NCBI GenBank assembly: GCA_964016885.1
Contig: OZ024740.1
Location: 249,302,001-249,366,000, forward strand
Source of the DNA: Eledone cirrhosa
Taxonomy: Eukaryota
Direction of reading: 5' to 3'
DNA: 64,000 nt
Shown: positions 50,426 to 63,500 of the stretch, in pieces
Position numbering within the stretch: the stretch's first letter is position 1
Layout: the number at the start of each line of letters is the position of its first letter
Position numbers and translations under genes: made by a program
Notes under the pieces: generated by a model
Told to the model about the DNA's origin: nothing
Databases searched by the model: none
The model's input: only the letters and a program-made list of their open reading frames with translations

Positions 50426-51042
50426 ACAGTCTCACTTACTTTAAATTTTCAGCAAATAGGGGAGATAAAGCTGACAGAGCTCTGTTTCGTACTTTTTGAT
50501 ACTTATCAAAGTTAAGTACTCCACCTGTTTGCTGAAAATCATGATTGTTTGATTCTTATAGAATTCTAGTAATAATCAGGAACTGATTATACAGAGCAGT
50601 TGCCGGTCAAGCAGAAATTGAAAATTAGAATTGGTGCTCTGAAATAGCGATATATATATATATGAATGTATATATAGAGTATTTTGCAATACACTGTATG
50701 CTTAATTAAAAGCATTTCGAAGACCTTACGCTATTGTTTTAGAGTAGTGACAGTCTAACTTACTTTAAATTTTCAGCAAACAGATTATTACTAGAATTCT
50801 ATAAGAATCAAACATTCATGATTTTGAGCAAACAGGTGGAGTACTTATCTTTGATAAGTACCAAAAAGTACGAAACAGAGCTCTGTCAGCTTTATCTCCC
50901 CTGTTTGCTGAACATTTAAAGTAAGTGAGACTGTCACTACTCTAAAACAATAGCGTAAGGTCTTCGAAATGCTTTTAATTAAGCATACAGTGTATTGCAA
51001 AATACACTATATATACATTCATATATATATATCGCTATTTCA
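50426..51042. mobile_element. ~325-bp tandem monomer with fold-back and a degenerate hammerhead
   Basis: cagtct(c/a)acttactttaaattttcagcaaa at 50426 and 50751; 50783-51042 is an inverted copy; motif TTGATAA-gtac..gtac-GAAA-cagagctctg-TC at 50851-50887. Confidence 0.75.
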
Positions 51043-51067
51043 ATGCACCAATATATATATATTTATT

Positions 51068-51142
<75 letters not shown>

Positions 51143-51192
51143 ATATTTATTTACATGTATATATATATGTATATATATATATATATATACAC

Positions 51193-51407
51193 AGGGGAAC
51201 GGCCAAGGGATTCAAGAACACGTGCCCTGTCCGTTCCTTCGTCGTTTCTGTTTGGATTGTCTTAGGAACGTAACCTTATCCTATAAGAAGCTGTCTGATG
51301 ATGTCATGGCACTGGGTACACGGAATCGTGTAGTCACTGTCGTCATTATCACAGCATTATCAATAAAGGACTTTAACATCTGAAACAACTTCACATTTTC
51401 TCATTCT
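51193..51407 (+). mobile_element. Homologue of 18765-18980; hammerhead has lost GAAA
   Basis: gctgt-CTGATGA...gtcat[deleted gaaatatg]tatc-acagc. Confidence 0.7.
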
Positions 51408-51452
51408 ATATATATATATATATATTTACATGTATATATATATATATGTGTA

Positions 51453-51704
51453 TAAAGAAGAAATTTAAAAATGGTTTAAAAAGTTCCATATATTTTATTA
51501 TGCGCATTTCGAAAACAACATCATCCTGGGACAAAAATTGTGTCCTCATCAGATAAAATAAGGTGACATGATATGAGGCCTAAAAACACTTGTGAACAAG
51601 AAAGTGTGCAGTCAACACAATTTTTGTCCCAGGATGATGTTTTTTTAGAAATGCGCATAATAAAATATATGGACCATTTTTAACCATCTTTTAATTTCTT
51701 CTTT
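51453..51704. repeat. ~90-bp inverted repeat with a hammerhead on minus (51491-51560)
   Basis: tattttat-CTGATGA-ggaca...-GAAA-tgcgca-TA-ataaaata; arms 51453-51542 / 51616-51704. Confidence 0.82.
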
Positions 51705-51807
51705 AAATATACTCCAGTTCTACCAACTGTCGAGTGGTACTTATCTGATATTTGCATAGTTTTATTGTTCTACAATATTACTCACCTCCTACATTATATA
51801 TATGTGT

Positions 51808-51890
<83 letters not shown>

Positions 51891-51925
51891 CATGTGTATA
51901 TATATATATATATATGTACGTAATG

Positions 51926-51957
<32 letters not shown>

Positions 51958-51959
<2 letters not shown>

Positions 51960-52204
51960 GACTCAACAATTGATCTCCACGTGGGTCAGGCGTTCATTGC
52001 CACTGCCAAGTCCTGGATCTCAATACCAGAATCTCTGGAGATGACATCGGGATAAGAGAGCTTGCGCTCCCTGATATTAGTGACTGCTTGTGGTTTCCAA
52101 AGCACTAATGGGGACACAACTTCGTAGGTGGCACGATGGCAGTGGCCAGCAAATCTTACTCTCCCCTTTACGTACAACGACAGATATGCGTGGGAGGCCA
52201 GCAT
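51958..52204 (-). mobile_element. LINE 3' fragment (RTE-X-like)
   Basis: RVRFAGHCHRA...LVLW.P...[12 protein letters not shown]....LAVAM. Confidence 0.65.
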
Positions 52205-52699
52205 ATATCTCTCTCAAAGGCAGATGTCGCCAGCTTATGTTCTGAATGTGTTGAAGCAGGCGAGTGTAAATGCTATATATATATATACAATAAGAGAGAT
52301 TTTAGGCTGGTTATTGTTTACTGGCTGGCATATCATCAAACAAAAAAGAACATACCTCAAGATTATGTTACGTGAACATTTTAATTAAAGCAAATCATAA
52401 TACTGGTTAACACATCAGTGCTCCAAGTTTGGGTAGCGGTTCATTATCGTATTATGCCACGACCGCATGGTGTGATGTTGCGGCGTGGTTAAACTGCACG
52501 GGGATTAGCACGTCTGTTGTCTACGAGCTGCCATGGTCAGAGTGTTGTGGATTTTAGTACATGATGATACGCCAGCCAGTAAACAATAATCAATTAGACG
52601 GGATGACCGACGACCACCCCGCCTAAAGTGGTGACCCTCGACGATTAAATATGAAAGCGCAGCCTGCTTAACTTTGCCATTCGTTTTTAAATTGAAAAT

Positions 52700-53790
52700 T
52701 GTTCGTCTTACACATTCGTCCAACATGGCTGACGGCTTAGCCTCGTCACGCGACCATATTCTTGTTTTGGAAAAGAAATGCGACGCCATCTTGTTTGATA
52801 TTTGCTAGCCCCCTGTACATACCCCCTGAAGTTGAGGATGGTCGAAAAGAAGGAAAAGTCCGCTATTATTACACCTATATTTTTCGTCACAAGGGAGGTT
52901 TTGGGGGTCGATAAACTCATTTATGGTATTGTTTTTGCATTACGAGCATCCAATATGCCGGAAATCCAGGATAGCGACCAAAATCCAAGATGGCGACCAA
53001 AATTCGATATGGCGGCTACAATAATTTTTCACTGCGAGAGTTATGTTGTCTCATGTAATAAATAGTTTCTCATGTTTAACGTCTACCGAATTTGTTATTG
53101 CTTCGTTCTTTAGCCGAACCTGTATTTCCCCGTGATCTCACATGCACCATATCTTTCGTACTTTCAGATTAACGTCCAATTTTTTAATTGGCATACAGGC
53201 ACACAAAATTACCATTGCGATCGTCCGCGAAGAAGATTCTCGGTGAACTGGAATATGTGGAAATTGCAGGATTCCCCAATGGACTTCTACCCACAAAAAG
53301 GAATGTTATCACGAACATGATGTATCTAATGCGACCATCACGAGCAGGCCAGAGTCAGAGATCAAAAGAAGAAGCAACATTGCCCCTCTCATATGTGCTA
53401 TCAGAACACTGGATTTTCTGTAACGTATATACAGTGACGATAAAACATATAAAACGGAAAATACTTCAATTATATGCAGAATTTCAATGACTATATCAAA
53501 CGAGGAAGAACAGGAGAAATGAAAAATACTTGGAGGAGGTTAACAAATTTAACAAGGAAGTGGATTATATATTTGATATATTCTGCGAGAACGCAGTAGT
53601 GAGGAAGAGGCTAGAAAATTACCACGGGGTCTGCATGACGGACGATGAGTGGGAATTCCTTCATGATCAGCGCAAGGACCGTGAAATGTTTTGTGAGAAT
53701 TTCATAGATAAAAAGTGGGAAAAGACAATGAAAAGAAGGAAAAGTGACATTGAATCTTTGGAAAGACAGACGCAGAGAGCTGAAAAAGAG
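52700..53790 (+). pseudogene. DNA-transposon-like relic (N-terminal transposase region, family uncertain)
   Basis: LPTKRNVI, HWIFCNVYTV, IFDI, EWEFLHDQR segments with an internal stop; upstream aagatggcg-type repeats. Confidence 0.45.
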
Positions 53791-54169
53791 TGTAGCGGCC
53801 CCTTACGGCTGTGACTCAGCACGTATAGGAGTTGCGTCCCTTTACGACGGTCATAACTCAGCAAGTATAGGAGTTACGTCCCTTTGCGACGGACGCGACT
53901 CCCATTGGCAGATTCATGTACTAAATGGAGTTGCGTCCCCCTGGGGACTATATATATTAGGACAATCAAGGCATAAGCCTCCCTCGCATCCTGAACTTCG
54001 AAGGGACAACAAGAACACCTGAGACCTTGTCAAGAGATGACTCCAGTCTCACTTTCTTCACCAACAAGAAGAAGGCAGCCTAAAGAAATACTTGAACACC
54101 TCCAAGAGAAGGTTTCTGTTCTTCTCTACACACTCCAGTCTGGGAGTTATGACCAACTGAACATCTACA
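53791..54169 (+). mobile_element. Candidate LTR (TGTAG...CTACA) interrupting the transposase
   Basis: Terminal inverted TGTAG/CTACA, internal ~39-bp tandem repeats, TATA box ctatatata, followed by a TGGTAACA PBS-like sequence; no TSD seen. Confidence 0.5.
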
Positions 54170-54733
54170 TGTGGTAACAAATTATTTATATTAATTTATT
54201 TGACTTCTGTGAAGTAAAACCATGTCACAACACTCACCTGCATTTATTGTCATTCTTGATAATACATATATATACACTGATAATAATATCCTAAATTGGT
54301 GACCTGACGTTTTTTTTTTTTTAAAGAATGGGAAATAGTACCATGTGTATACAAAAAAAAAAGAGAGAGAGAGAAAAAAACATTTAATACAGAACAACAC
54401 ACTTGATTCTGATATGGCTGTATTGACCGATCTAAACATATTTCTCTGTAACACTTAACATCAAACTCTTCATATGTGCAAAACGAACACCCAAAGTTAT
54501 TTACACACAAACAAACAGTAATTGTATGAATGTTTTTCTTTTTTTTTCTCCTTTTCTTCTTTTCTCTGGCTAAAGATTTTGAGGATGATAAGATGGCGGC
54601 TTTCTTCTCAATCAATGGTGTTTTTGGCGCGAAATAGTCCGCTATGTTGGTTTTAGTTTTAAATTCTATGCCTATACCTTATTAATGACATCGCTCGGTT
54701 AGTCGCTCCTTTGCATATTGTCTCGGATGCATT

Positions 54734-55438
54734 TATAACGGCGGCGAAGATTCGAAACCGAATCTGAGCTTTCCCGCCTCTGGGACAAACCGTGGTAACT
54801 TGTTTACGCTCAAAAGACTAACCCCTTGGGAGAGGCTAAACACGGGTCAGAGGTGTTTACGCCTGACAGAAAATAGGTCAGAGGATATATCCATCTTTCT
54901 GACTTGTTTACGCTTGGCAAACTAATCCCTTGGGAGACTAACCAAAGTTCAGTGGATATATCTATCCTTCTAACTTCAACTCTTATAAATACAGGGGTTG
55001 TTCACGCCCCGACAGAAAAGAAGTGATATACAGACAAGACAAGTCGCATTTACAAGCTCTCGTCACGAAAAACCAGTCTGCCACTTATTCTCACCTTCCT
55101 GGCTGATCGCTGACTCCTGCAATACAAATAAGTAAATATACTGAACTCACCATTCATTTCTGTTTCCACATATTGTACCTTTCTGATACAGTACAAATTA
55201 TATTATAATCGTATTCTGTGATACTTGAATTTACGTGGTTCGAAGAGCCACCAAATTATTGTATGAATATTTTGTGTTATTGATTTTATCATTCAATATT
55301 CAAATTGAATATTGTTATAATAAAATAAACTTTGTAACACCACAATCCCTGTATTTTTCTTTACATCGAAACCACCATACCAACAGTTACATCCATCCAT
55401 CCACTTATCGTTACAACCACACATAATATTTCGTTACA
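54734..55438 (+). repeat. 5' LTR
   Basis: TATAACG...CGTTACA; TATA box ~54984; about 7 substitutions relative to the 3' LTR. Confidence 0.96.
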
Positions 55439-55440
55439 AC

Positions 55441-55451
55441 TGGTGACCCCG
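55441..55451 (+). promoter_or_regulatory. Primer-binding site (tRNA-Trp-like)
   Basis: TGGTGACCCCG 2 nt after the LTR, complementary to the tRNA-Trp 3' end (...GGGGTCACCA). Confidence 0.8.
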
Positions 55452-55491
55452 TAAAACAGACATACAACCTTCTGATCATCCACTACAAACG

Positions 55492-56360
55492 ATGTCTCTA
55501 GCACACGACGATTCATCAGTGGCAGAAACGGCAGTCAGGGCGGCATTTACATTAAGGATTCCACCATTCTGGGTGCACGATCCAACACTGTGGTTCGCGC
55601 ACATCGAAGCGCAGTTCGCATCGAACCGGATCGTTAGCGAGGCATCCCGTCTCACACATGTCATCGGTTCGATGTCTCCGGAGATTATGAATGAGGTTCG
55701 AGACCTCATTTTAGCACCACCCGGCTCTGTGTCATATGACACATTTAAAAGAACATTAGTTAAGCGGACGTCGGAGTCGCAGCAGAAGCGTTTACACCAG
55801 CTTCTCATATCGGAAGAATTAGGAGATAAAAAGCCGACGCAACTCCTATGGCGAATGAAGCAGCTTCTGGGAGAACATAAACTCCCGGATGAAATTTTCA
55901 AGCAACTCTTCCTCCAGCGTTTGCCTTCTGCCACACAAGTTGTACTAGCATCCACCACCATAGAAGAACTCGCCGAGCTGGCAGATAAGATCATGGAGGT
56001 ATCACATCCGCACTCAACTTTAGCGAATGTGACGCCAGCCGTGCCTCCCACCAATCCTTTTCTTCAGCCCTCCAGTGCCACAGAGATGTCCGATCTACAC
56101 CAGTTACTGGCACAGCAGGCAACACAGATACAGGCCTTGACGCAACAAATTCAGGCCTTGTCACTGGGCAACCCTGCCACTCGTCGGTCCAACAGTCGAA
56201 CTTGCCGATTTGGTGGTCGCTCAAGAAGTCCGAGCGCATCTCGGGATTCACCAGAAATGTGCTGGTACCACCAAAGATTCGGGAGATGAGCGCAAAAGTG
56301 CAGCCATCCCTGTTCATTTGTTTCGAAAACGAATCAGGGAAACGACACAGCCAGAAACTG
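55492..56360 (+). CDS. gag: Gag (in-frame TGA at 56287-56289)
   Basis: IPPFW..DP.LWF and LGDKKP.QL motifs; CWYH.RFG...KC..PC knuckle continues through the stop. Confidence 0.9.
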
Positions 56361-56399
56361 AATGCGACGGACGTTTCTGGCCCTCATAACCAAAGTCGC
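56337..56399 (+). promoter_or_regulatory. -1 ribosomal frameshift signal: GGGAAAC + H-type pseudoknot
   Basis: Slippery site 56337-56343; stem 1 gccagaaac/gtttctggc; stem 2 gcgac/gtcgc. Confidence 0.85.
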
Positions 56400-59300
56400 C
56401 TATTTTTCATTCAGGATCGCGTCACAGGCACGCGTTTCCTGGTCGACACCGGTGCTGAATCAGCATCATCCCGGTTTCCTGCGTTCCTGGAAAAAAAAAG
56501 AGACACCAGCCTGGCCCAGGCGGTGAATCACTCACATATTCCGACCTACCGAGAACAGTCCCTGACACTAAATTTGGGACTACGCCGCACTTTCCAGTGG
56601 GTATTCGTTGTGGCTAAGCTGCTGACCCCTATTTTCGGAGCTGATTTTCTTTAGCACTTCTCGCTGCTAGTGGATCTGAAAAACCAACGACTCGTTGACA
56701 ACTTCACTGGTCTCGCTGTGCACGGCATAGCCGCTAGGACAGCCACAGTCAGTCCAGTCATTTCACGATCGACAACAATAACCCGGCACAACCACATCAT
56801 CAACAAATACCCAGACGTAGCTCGACCACTATTCAACGCTTGCCCTGTAAAACATGACGTCACACACCACATAAAAACTCACGGCCCACCTGTCGCTACA
56901 TGACCTAGAAGGCTACCACCAGACCGGCTGAAGTCCGTCAAACAAGAATTTCAGCACATGCTGGATCTCGGCATCATACGTCCGTCCAGCAACAACTGGT
57001 CCTCACCCATACACTGTGTACCCAAGAAGTCGTCGAACGACTGGCGAATCTGTGGCGACTACCGTGCACTGAACAACTGCACCGTTCCTGATTCTTATCC
57101 AGTGCCTCGTCTACTGGACTTCTCTAGCTCGCTGCACGGGGCTCGCATATTTTCGAAGATCGATCTTGTGCGAGCTTACAATCAGATACCTGTTGAGCCC
57201 GCAGATATTCCAAAGACCGCAGTCACAACACCCTTTGGAATGTTCGAATTTCTGCGTATGCCTTTCGGTCTGCGAAATGCAGCGCAGACATTCCAGCGAT
57301 TCATCGATACAGTCACCAGAGGTCTACCTTTTGTATACGCATACATTGACGACTTACTGGTGGCCAGCAGCTCCGGTGAAGAACATGAGAAACACCTGGA
57401 TTTCCTATTCACACGTTTGCGTGAATACGGAATTGTTATCAACCCCAGCAAATGTGAGTTCGGAGTTGCGTCCCTTCATTTTCTGGGACACATCATTGAC
57501 AAAGATGGTATACGCCCACTTAAGGAGAAAGTCAAATCCATCATTGATTTTCCACAACCTACATCTCTCCGCAAACCGCGAGAATTTCTTGGCCTGGTAA
57601 ACTTCTACAGAAGATTTATACCCCACTGTGCAGAGACAGCCCAACCACTCACAGATTTGCTGCGGCAGCGTACAACCAAAAACGCAAACATCAAGCTCAG
57701 CGAAAAAGAATGTACCGCTTTCGCTGAGTTGAAGAAAATGTTGTCCGAGGCTACAATGCTGAGTTACACCAAACCTGACGCCCCAATGTGTTTATTGACT
57801 GATGCATCCGATTTCGGAGTTGGAGGTGTGCTTCAACAACTCTCTGGCGATATTTGGCGACCTGTATCTTTTTTCTCTAAGCGATTAAAACCCGCCGAAA
57901 CTCAGTACAGCACATTCAGTCGTGAATTATTGGTAGCATACCTTGCTGTCAAGCATTTTCGACACATGCTAGAAGGTCGTGTGTTCTCTATATACACCGA
58001 CCACAAACCACTAGTGTACGCGTTCAATGCCAAGCCTGACCGACACTCACCCAGGGAGGTCCGACATCTGGACTTCATTTCTCAGTACACTACTGATATT
58101 CGGTACATTAAGGGTGCCACCAACTCAGCAGCTGATGCCCTATCGCGCATGGAGCTTAACGCAATTCACACCACTGCCACTATCGACCTCCAGAAGATTG
58201 CAGCGGATCAACAGAATGACGAGGAACTGCTGCAACTCCGGAAATCATCCTTGAAATTGAAGGAATGCCCGCTGCCCTCTTCTTCAGGTTATATTTGGTG
58301 CGATATCTCCACAGGCCACGACCGCCCATACGTGCCCCGGAAACATCGACGCGACGTTTTCTCGGCACTGCATTCTCTGGCACATCCTGGCGTCCGCACA
58401 CTGCAGAAACTGATGGTTGCCCGCTTTGTGTGGCCCAACGTCAACAAGGACACCCGCGAATGGGCTAGGAACTGTATCGCGTGCCAGAAGGCGAAAATTC
58501 ACCGGCACATCAAAGCCCCGGTCGGTTCTTTCGCAACACCTGATGCACGGTTCCAACATGTGCATATAGACATCGTTGGACCTTTGCCTCCTTCTCACAA
58601 CTACACTCATCTTCTCACCTGTGTCGACCGATTTTCTCGCTGACGGATATTACTGCGGAAACTGTCGCCAAAACGCTAGTGTTTCATTGGGTTTCGCGTT
58701 TCGGCACACCCGCGACCATCACTACGGATAGAGGACGTCAGTTCGATTCGCACCTATTTACCGAGCTGTCTCGTCTCCTCGGGTGCAAACACATCCGTAC
58801 AACAGCGTATCACCCTGCCGCTAACGGCATGGTAGAACGCTTCCACCGCCAGCTAAAAGCATCTATCAAGGCTTACAAAGACTCCACTAAGTGGTTCGAA
58901 TACCTCCCACTCATTCTTCTTGGTATTCGTTCCACTGTGAAGGAGGGAGTCGGACATTCTCCGGCTGAAATGTTGTATGGCACCGTACTCACTCTACCCG
59001 GACAAATGATCGCTCCTGTTTCGCCACAAGAACTTCCAGACCTAACAAAATATGTGCACAGTTTACGGTCATCGATGTCGCATCTGTCTCCTTCAGCCCC
59101 TAAACAACAGCACGTTACTTCACACATACCAAAAGACATCGATACATGGACGCATGTTTTCGTTAGAAATGACGGTATTCCATCGCAACTTCGTCCGCCG
59201 TATTCCGGGCCCTATAAGGTGATACAGAAATGCCCTAAGTATTTCATCCTCGACTTGAACGGGAAACGAAATACCGTCTCCATTGATCGTTTAAAAAAAG

Positions 59301-59497
59301 CGTTCATAGAACAGGAATTGCCACCAGTACCCACCGTTTCTCCAGTAGACTCACCAACAACTTTTCCCGACACAAACACGGCAAATTCTGCACAACCCCG
59401 ACACACCAAATCTGGAAGGACAGTCCGATGGCCCACGCGATACGCACAAGTTTATCGGGTAAGTACAAATTATGCATCTGGTCGACATTTCGGCTAA
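56337..59497 (+). CDS. pol: Pol (PR, RT, RNase H, IN), disrupted
   Basis: FLVDTGA, YIDD, TDAS, HHCC zinc finger, D-D35E (HIDIVGP, TDRG, VERFHR), GPY; stops at 56654 and 56903, deletion at ~58643. Confidence 0.93.
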
Positions 59498-59671
59498 ATG
59501 TACTGTAACATCACAGTACATTTTCCTGCATGTAAATTTCTTTTGCTTTGCATGTTTTCTTTCATTTCTCCTGTTTGTGTTTTTTATTTTTACTGATTTT
59601 CTTCAACACACCTAGTCATACCTATCTTCATTTCACATGCACCTAGATCGTTCAATCTTAGCTTTCTCACT

Positions 59672-59681
59672 GGAAGGGGGG
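59672..59681 (+). promoter_or_regulatory. Polypurine tract
   Basis: GGAAGGGGGG just before the 3' LTR. Confidence 0.88.
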
Positions 59682-59684
59682 TAC

Positions 59685-60389
59685 TATAACGGCGGCGAAG
59701 ATTCGAAACCGAATCTGAGCTTTCCCGCCTCTGGGACAAGCCGTGGTAACTTGTTTACGCTCAAGAGACTAACCCCTTGGGAGAGGCTAAACACAGGTCA
59801 GAGGTGTTTACGCCTGACAGAAAATAGGTCAGAGGATATATCCATCTTTCTGACTTGTTTACGCTTGGCAAACTAATCCCTTGGGAGACTAACCAAAGTT
59901 CAGTGGATATATCTATCCTTCTAACTTCAACTCTTATAAATACAGGGGTTATTCACGCCCCGACAGAAAAGAAGTGATATACAGACAAGACAAGTCGCAT
60001 TTACAAGCTCTCGTCACGAAAAACCAGTCTGCCACTTATTCTCACCTTCCTGGCTGATCGCTGACTCCTGCAATACAAATAAGTAAATATACTGAACTCA
60101 CCATTCATTTCTGTTTCCACATATTGTACCTTTCTGATACAGTACAAATTATATTATAATCGTATTCTGTGATACTTGAATTTACGTGGTTCGAAGAGCC
60201 ACCAAATTATTGTATGAATATTTTGTGTTATTGATTTTATCATTCAATATTCAAATTGAATATTGTTATAATAAAATAAACTTTGTAACAACACAATCCT
60301 GGTATTTTTCTTTACATCGAAACCACCATACCAACAGTTACATCCATCCATCCACTTATCGTTACAACCACACATAATATTTCGTTACA
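59685..60389 (+). repeat. 3' LTR
   Basis: Copy of 54734-55438, followed by the TSD CATT. Confidence 0.96.
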
Positions 60390-60529
60390 CATTCTTTTTC
60401 CTGTCCAGTTGTTTGACAGAGAAAAATAAACGATTTTGTTTTCCTTTTGTGTTGTGTTAGAGACATTTTTCCAAACGGAGACGATTTTTTTTTGGGGGGG
60501 GGGGGGGGGGGGGGGCAAATTACCTACGG

Positions 60530-63500
60530 TATAACAATGGCATCTCATTCAGCCATTATAGCGATGCAGGAGTCCATTCAAGAACTCACCCTGGAGCTCC
60601 AGAAGATGAAGGTCTGGTGCGGTGCCTGTTCGCGCCCGCGCAGCCGCGGGGGATATCAATCTTTTAGACGCCGCCCCAAGTCACCAGCTTCATCTTTATG
60701 CTGGTACCATGAGCGATTTGCCGATAGCGCGAACCACTGCGTGCAACCTTGCTCGTTTCATAAGGCGGGAAACGCCAAAGAGGTCCGCTGATGGGGGCAG
60801 TTGACCTCAACATAAAGCCACCAAACCGCCATTTGTTCATTAAGGACCTTATGTCGGGAAGAGGTTTCCTCGTGGATACAGGAGCCTCCTGTAGTATTTG
60901 GCCGGTTCATTGCCTGAAAGATACCCCCGTGGAGTCATCCGTTACTCTGCAGGCCGTTAATACCTCGTCTATAAAGACGTACGGGCAAATCTTGCTTCCT
61001 CTTAAGTTCATAAATCTTCGTAGGGATTTTAAGTGGATTTTTACGGTTGCCGATTTGCCATACCCTATCTTAGGAGCGGATTTCCTCCACAACTTCTCTT
61101 TGACTGTGGACGTCCGTGGCCAACGCCTGGTGGATGACATCACCGGTTTTTCAAATCGTGGCCGGAAAGCCAATGCTCCAACAGTCATCCCCATATTCTT
61201 CATTGCTGCTGTTGGAGACGCCTACCATGCGTTGCTGGGTTCTTTCCCGGAGCTCACCGATGGAAATTTTCGAGTCACTGAGCCAACACACTCAACTGAA
61301 CATTTCGTTTCCACCACCAGTGCTCCAGTGTTTTCGCGTCCACACCGCTTACCGGCGGACAATTTAAAGGCAGCACGGTCCGAGTTCGACCATATGCTGC
61401 AGCTGGGCATTATTCGCCCATCTACGAGTCCTTGGGCTTCACATGGTGCCCAAGACTTCCGGCGACTGGAGACCCACTGGGGATTATAGGAGGTTAAATG
61501 CTATGACCGGCCCGGATAGGTATCCCATTCCCCATCTCCAGGATTTCGCATCTTCACTGCAGGGGTGTAAGATTTTCTCAAAACTAGATTTAGTGCGAGC
61601 CTGCCACCAAATTCCGGTCAGGAAGGAGGATATTCCGAAAACGGCGATTACAACTCCTTTCGGATCCTTCGAATTTTTTACCATGCCTTTCGGACTCAGG
61701 AACGCCGCTAGCACTTTTCAGCGGTTCATAGACGAAGTCACTCGTGGTCTGGACTTCGTTTATGCTTACATAGACGATATTCTCGTCGCTAGTTCCTCTC
61801 CGGAAGAGCATATGCGCAACATGCATCTCTTATTTCGGCGACTTCAGGATTACCGCGTTCGTGTGAATCCCGCAAAGTGTGTTTTCGGTTCCACTTCGCT
61901 AAATTTTTTAGGCCACCTCATCGACGCCGAAGGCATTAGGCCGCTCCCTCAGCGAGTTCAAGCCATACAGGATTTACCTCCGCCTACTACTCTTCACCAG
62001 TTGCGTCACTTCTTAGACCTAATCAATTTCTATAGGCGTTTCGTTCCTCATTGTGCTAATTTGTTATCTTCCCTTACTGACATATTGAAAAATCGTCGTA
62101 TGAAGAATGAGGATATTTCCTTGACACAAGGACAGCTTCAAGACTTCCAGACTGCCAAGACAGCACTTGCTAGTTCATCTTTGCTAGCCCACCCGGTACC
62201 AGAGGCCAAGCTTTCGCTTTGTGTTGATGCATCTGATACCGCTGTGGGAGCAATTTTACAGCAGTTCAACGCTGGAAACCAACAACCTTTGGCATTTTTC
62301 GCAAGGAAGCTGAAACCAGCAGAAACGCGTTACAGCACTTTTGGGCGGTAATTATTAGCCATATATCTGTCGGTGAAACATTTATCTCATATTCTTGAGG
62401 GGAGAAATTTTACAGTTTTAACCGACCACAAACCTCTGACCTTCGCTTTGAGGGCTAAAGCCGACAGATATTCGCCCAGAGAGACAAGGCACCTGGATTA
62501 CGTTTCGCAATTTACAAATGATATCCAGCACATTGCTGGCTCGCATAACATAGCTGCAGACACATTGTCACGTTTGCCAATCAGCTCCATCTCGTCATCC
62601 CAGGAGATCGACTTAGGTCGTTTAGCTGCAGACCAACCTGCACTCCAATCGTTGGATACTCTTTCTGCCGAATTTGCGACTTGCATCTTCAAATATCTGC
62701 CCTTGTCGACTACCGACAGGCAGATTCTATGTGATGTATCTACGGATTCACCACGACCACTTGTTCCTGAGACTCACCGTCGAATTGTGTTCCTTGCTTT
62801 GCACAACATTTCTCACCCAGGAATTTCTGCCACAATAAAGCTTATAACGGCTAGATTTTCTGGCCCAATATGAGGCGAGAAATTACTGTCTGGTGCCGTT
62901 CCTGCACACAGTGTCAGAGATCTAAAATCCACAGACACACCCGGACTCAGCTTGGTACTTTCAGTACTCCTGATGCTCGGTTTCAGCACATACACATTGA
63001 TATCGTTGGACCTTGGCCATTCAGCAGTGGATATTCGTACCTCTTGACCTGTATCGATCGTGTTTCGCGATGGCCTGGAGCCATCCCCTTACAAGATATA
63101 ACTGCTGAGACTGTAGCGCGTGCCCTGTATCAGGGTGGATTACCCGCTTTGGGGTACCAACTACAATCACCACAGACCGTGGTAGACAATTTGAATCTCA
63201 TCTTTTCTCTGAGCTCACAAAGATCATTGGCGCTCAACGGATTCGGGCCACAGCTTATCATCCTGCTTCAAACGGAATGGTGGAACGATTCCACCGCCAA
63301 TTAAAGGCCGCTTTCGCGCCTATCCAGACTCTCAACGTTGGAGCGGGTACCTTCCTATTGTGTTGTTAGGAATTCGGTCATCAATAAAGGAGGACCTTGG
63401 GTTCTCCCCGGCCGAATTACTGTATGGTGCTCCTCTAGCGTTGCCTGGGAAAATGCTTGCCCCTGTTGATCTTGCTTTCCAGGACCCTGTTTCCTACGTA

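Larger units (their letters stand above)
54734..60389 (+). mobile_element. Full-length Ty3/Gypsy LTR retrotransposon
   Basis: Two 705-bp LTRs, CATT TSD, PBS, PPT, and gag-PR-RT-RH-IN order. Confidence 0.97.

Noticed and set aside
56287-56903. In-frame TGA codons in gag/pol as selenocysteine or readthrough
   Set aside because: They fit CGA>TGA decay (Arg expected in the TRPRRL context), and other lesions are present.
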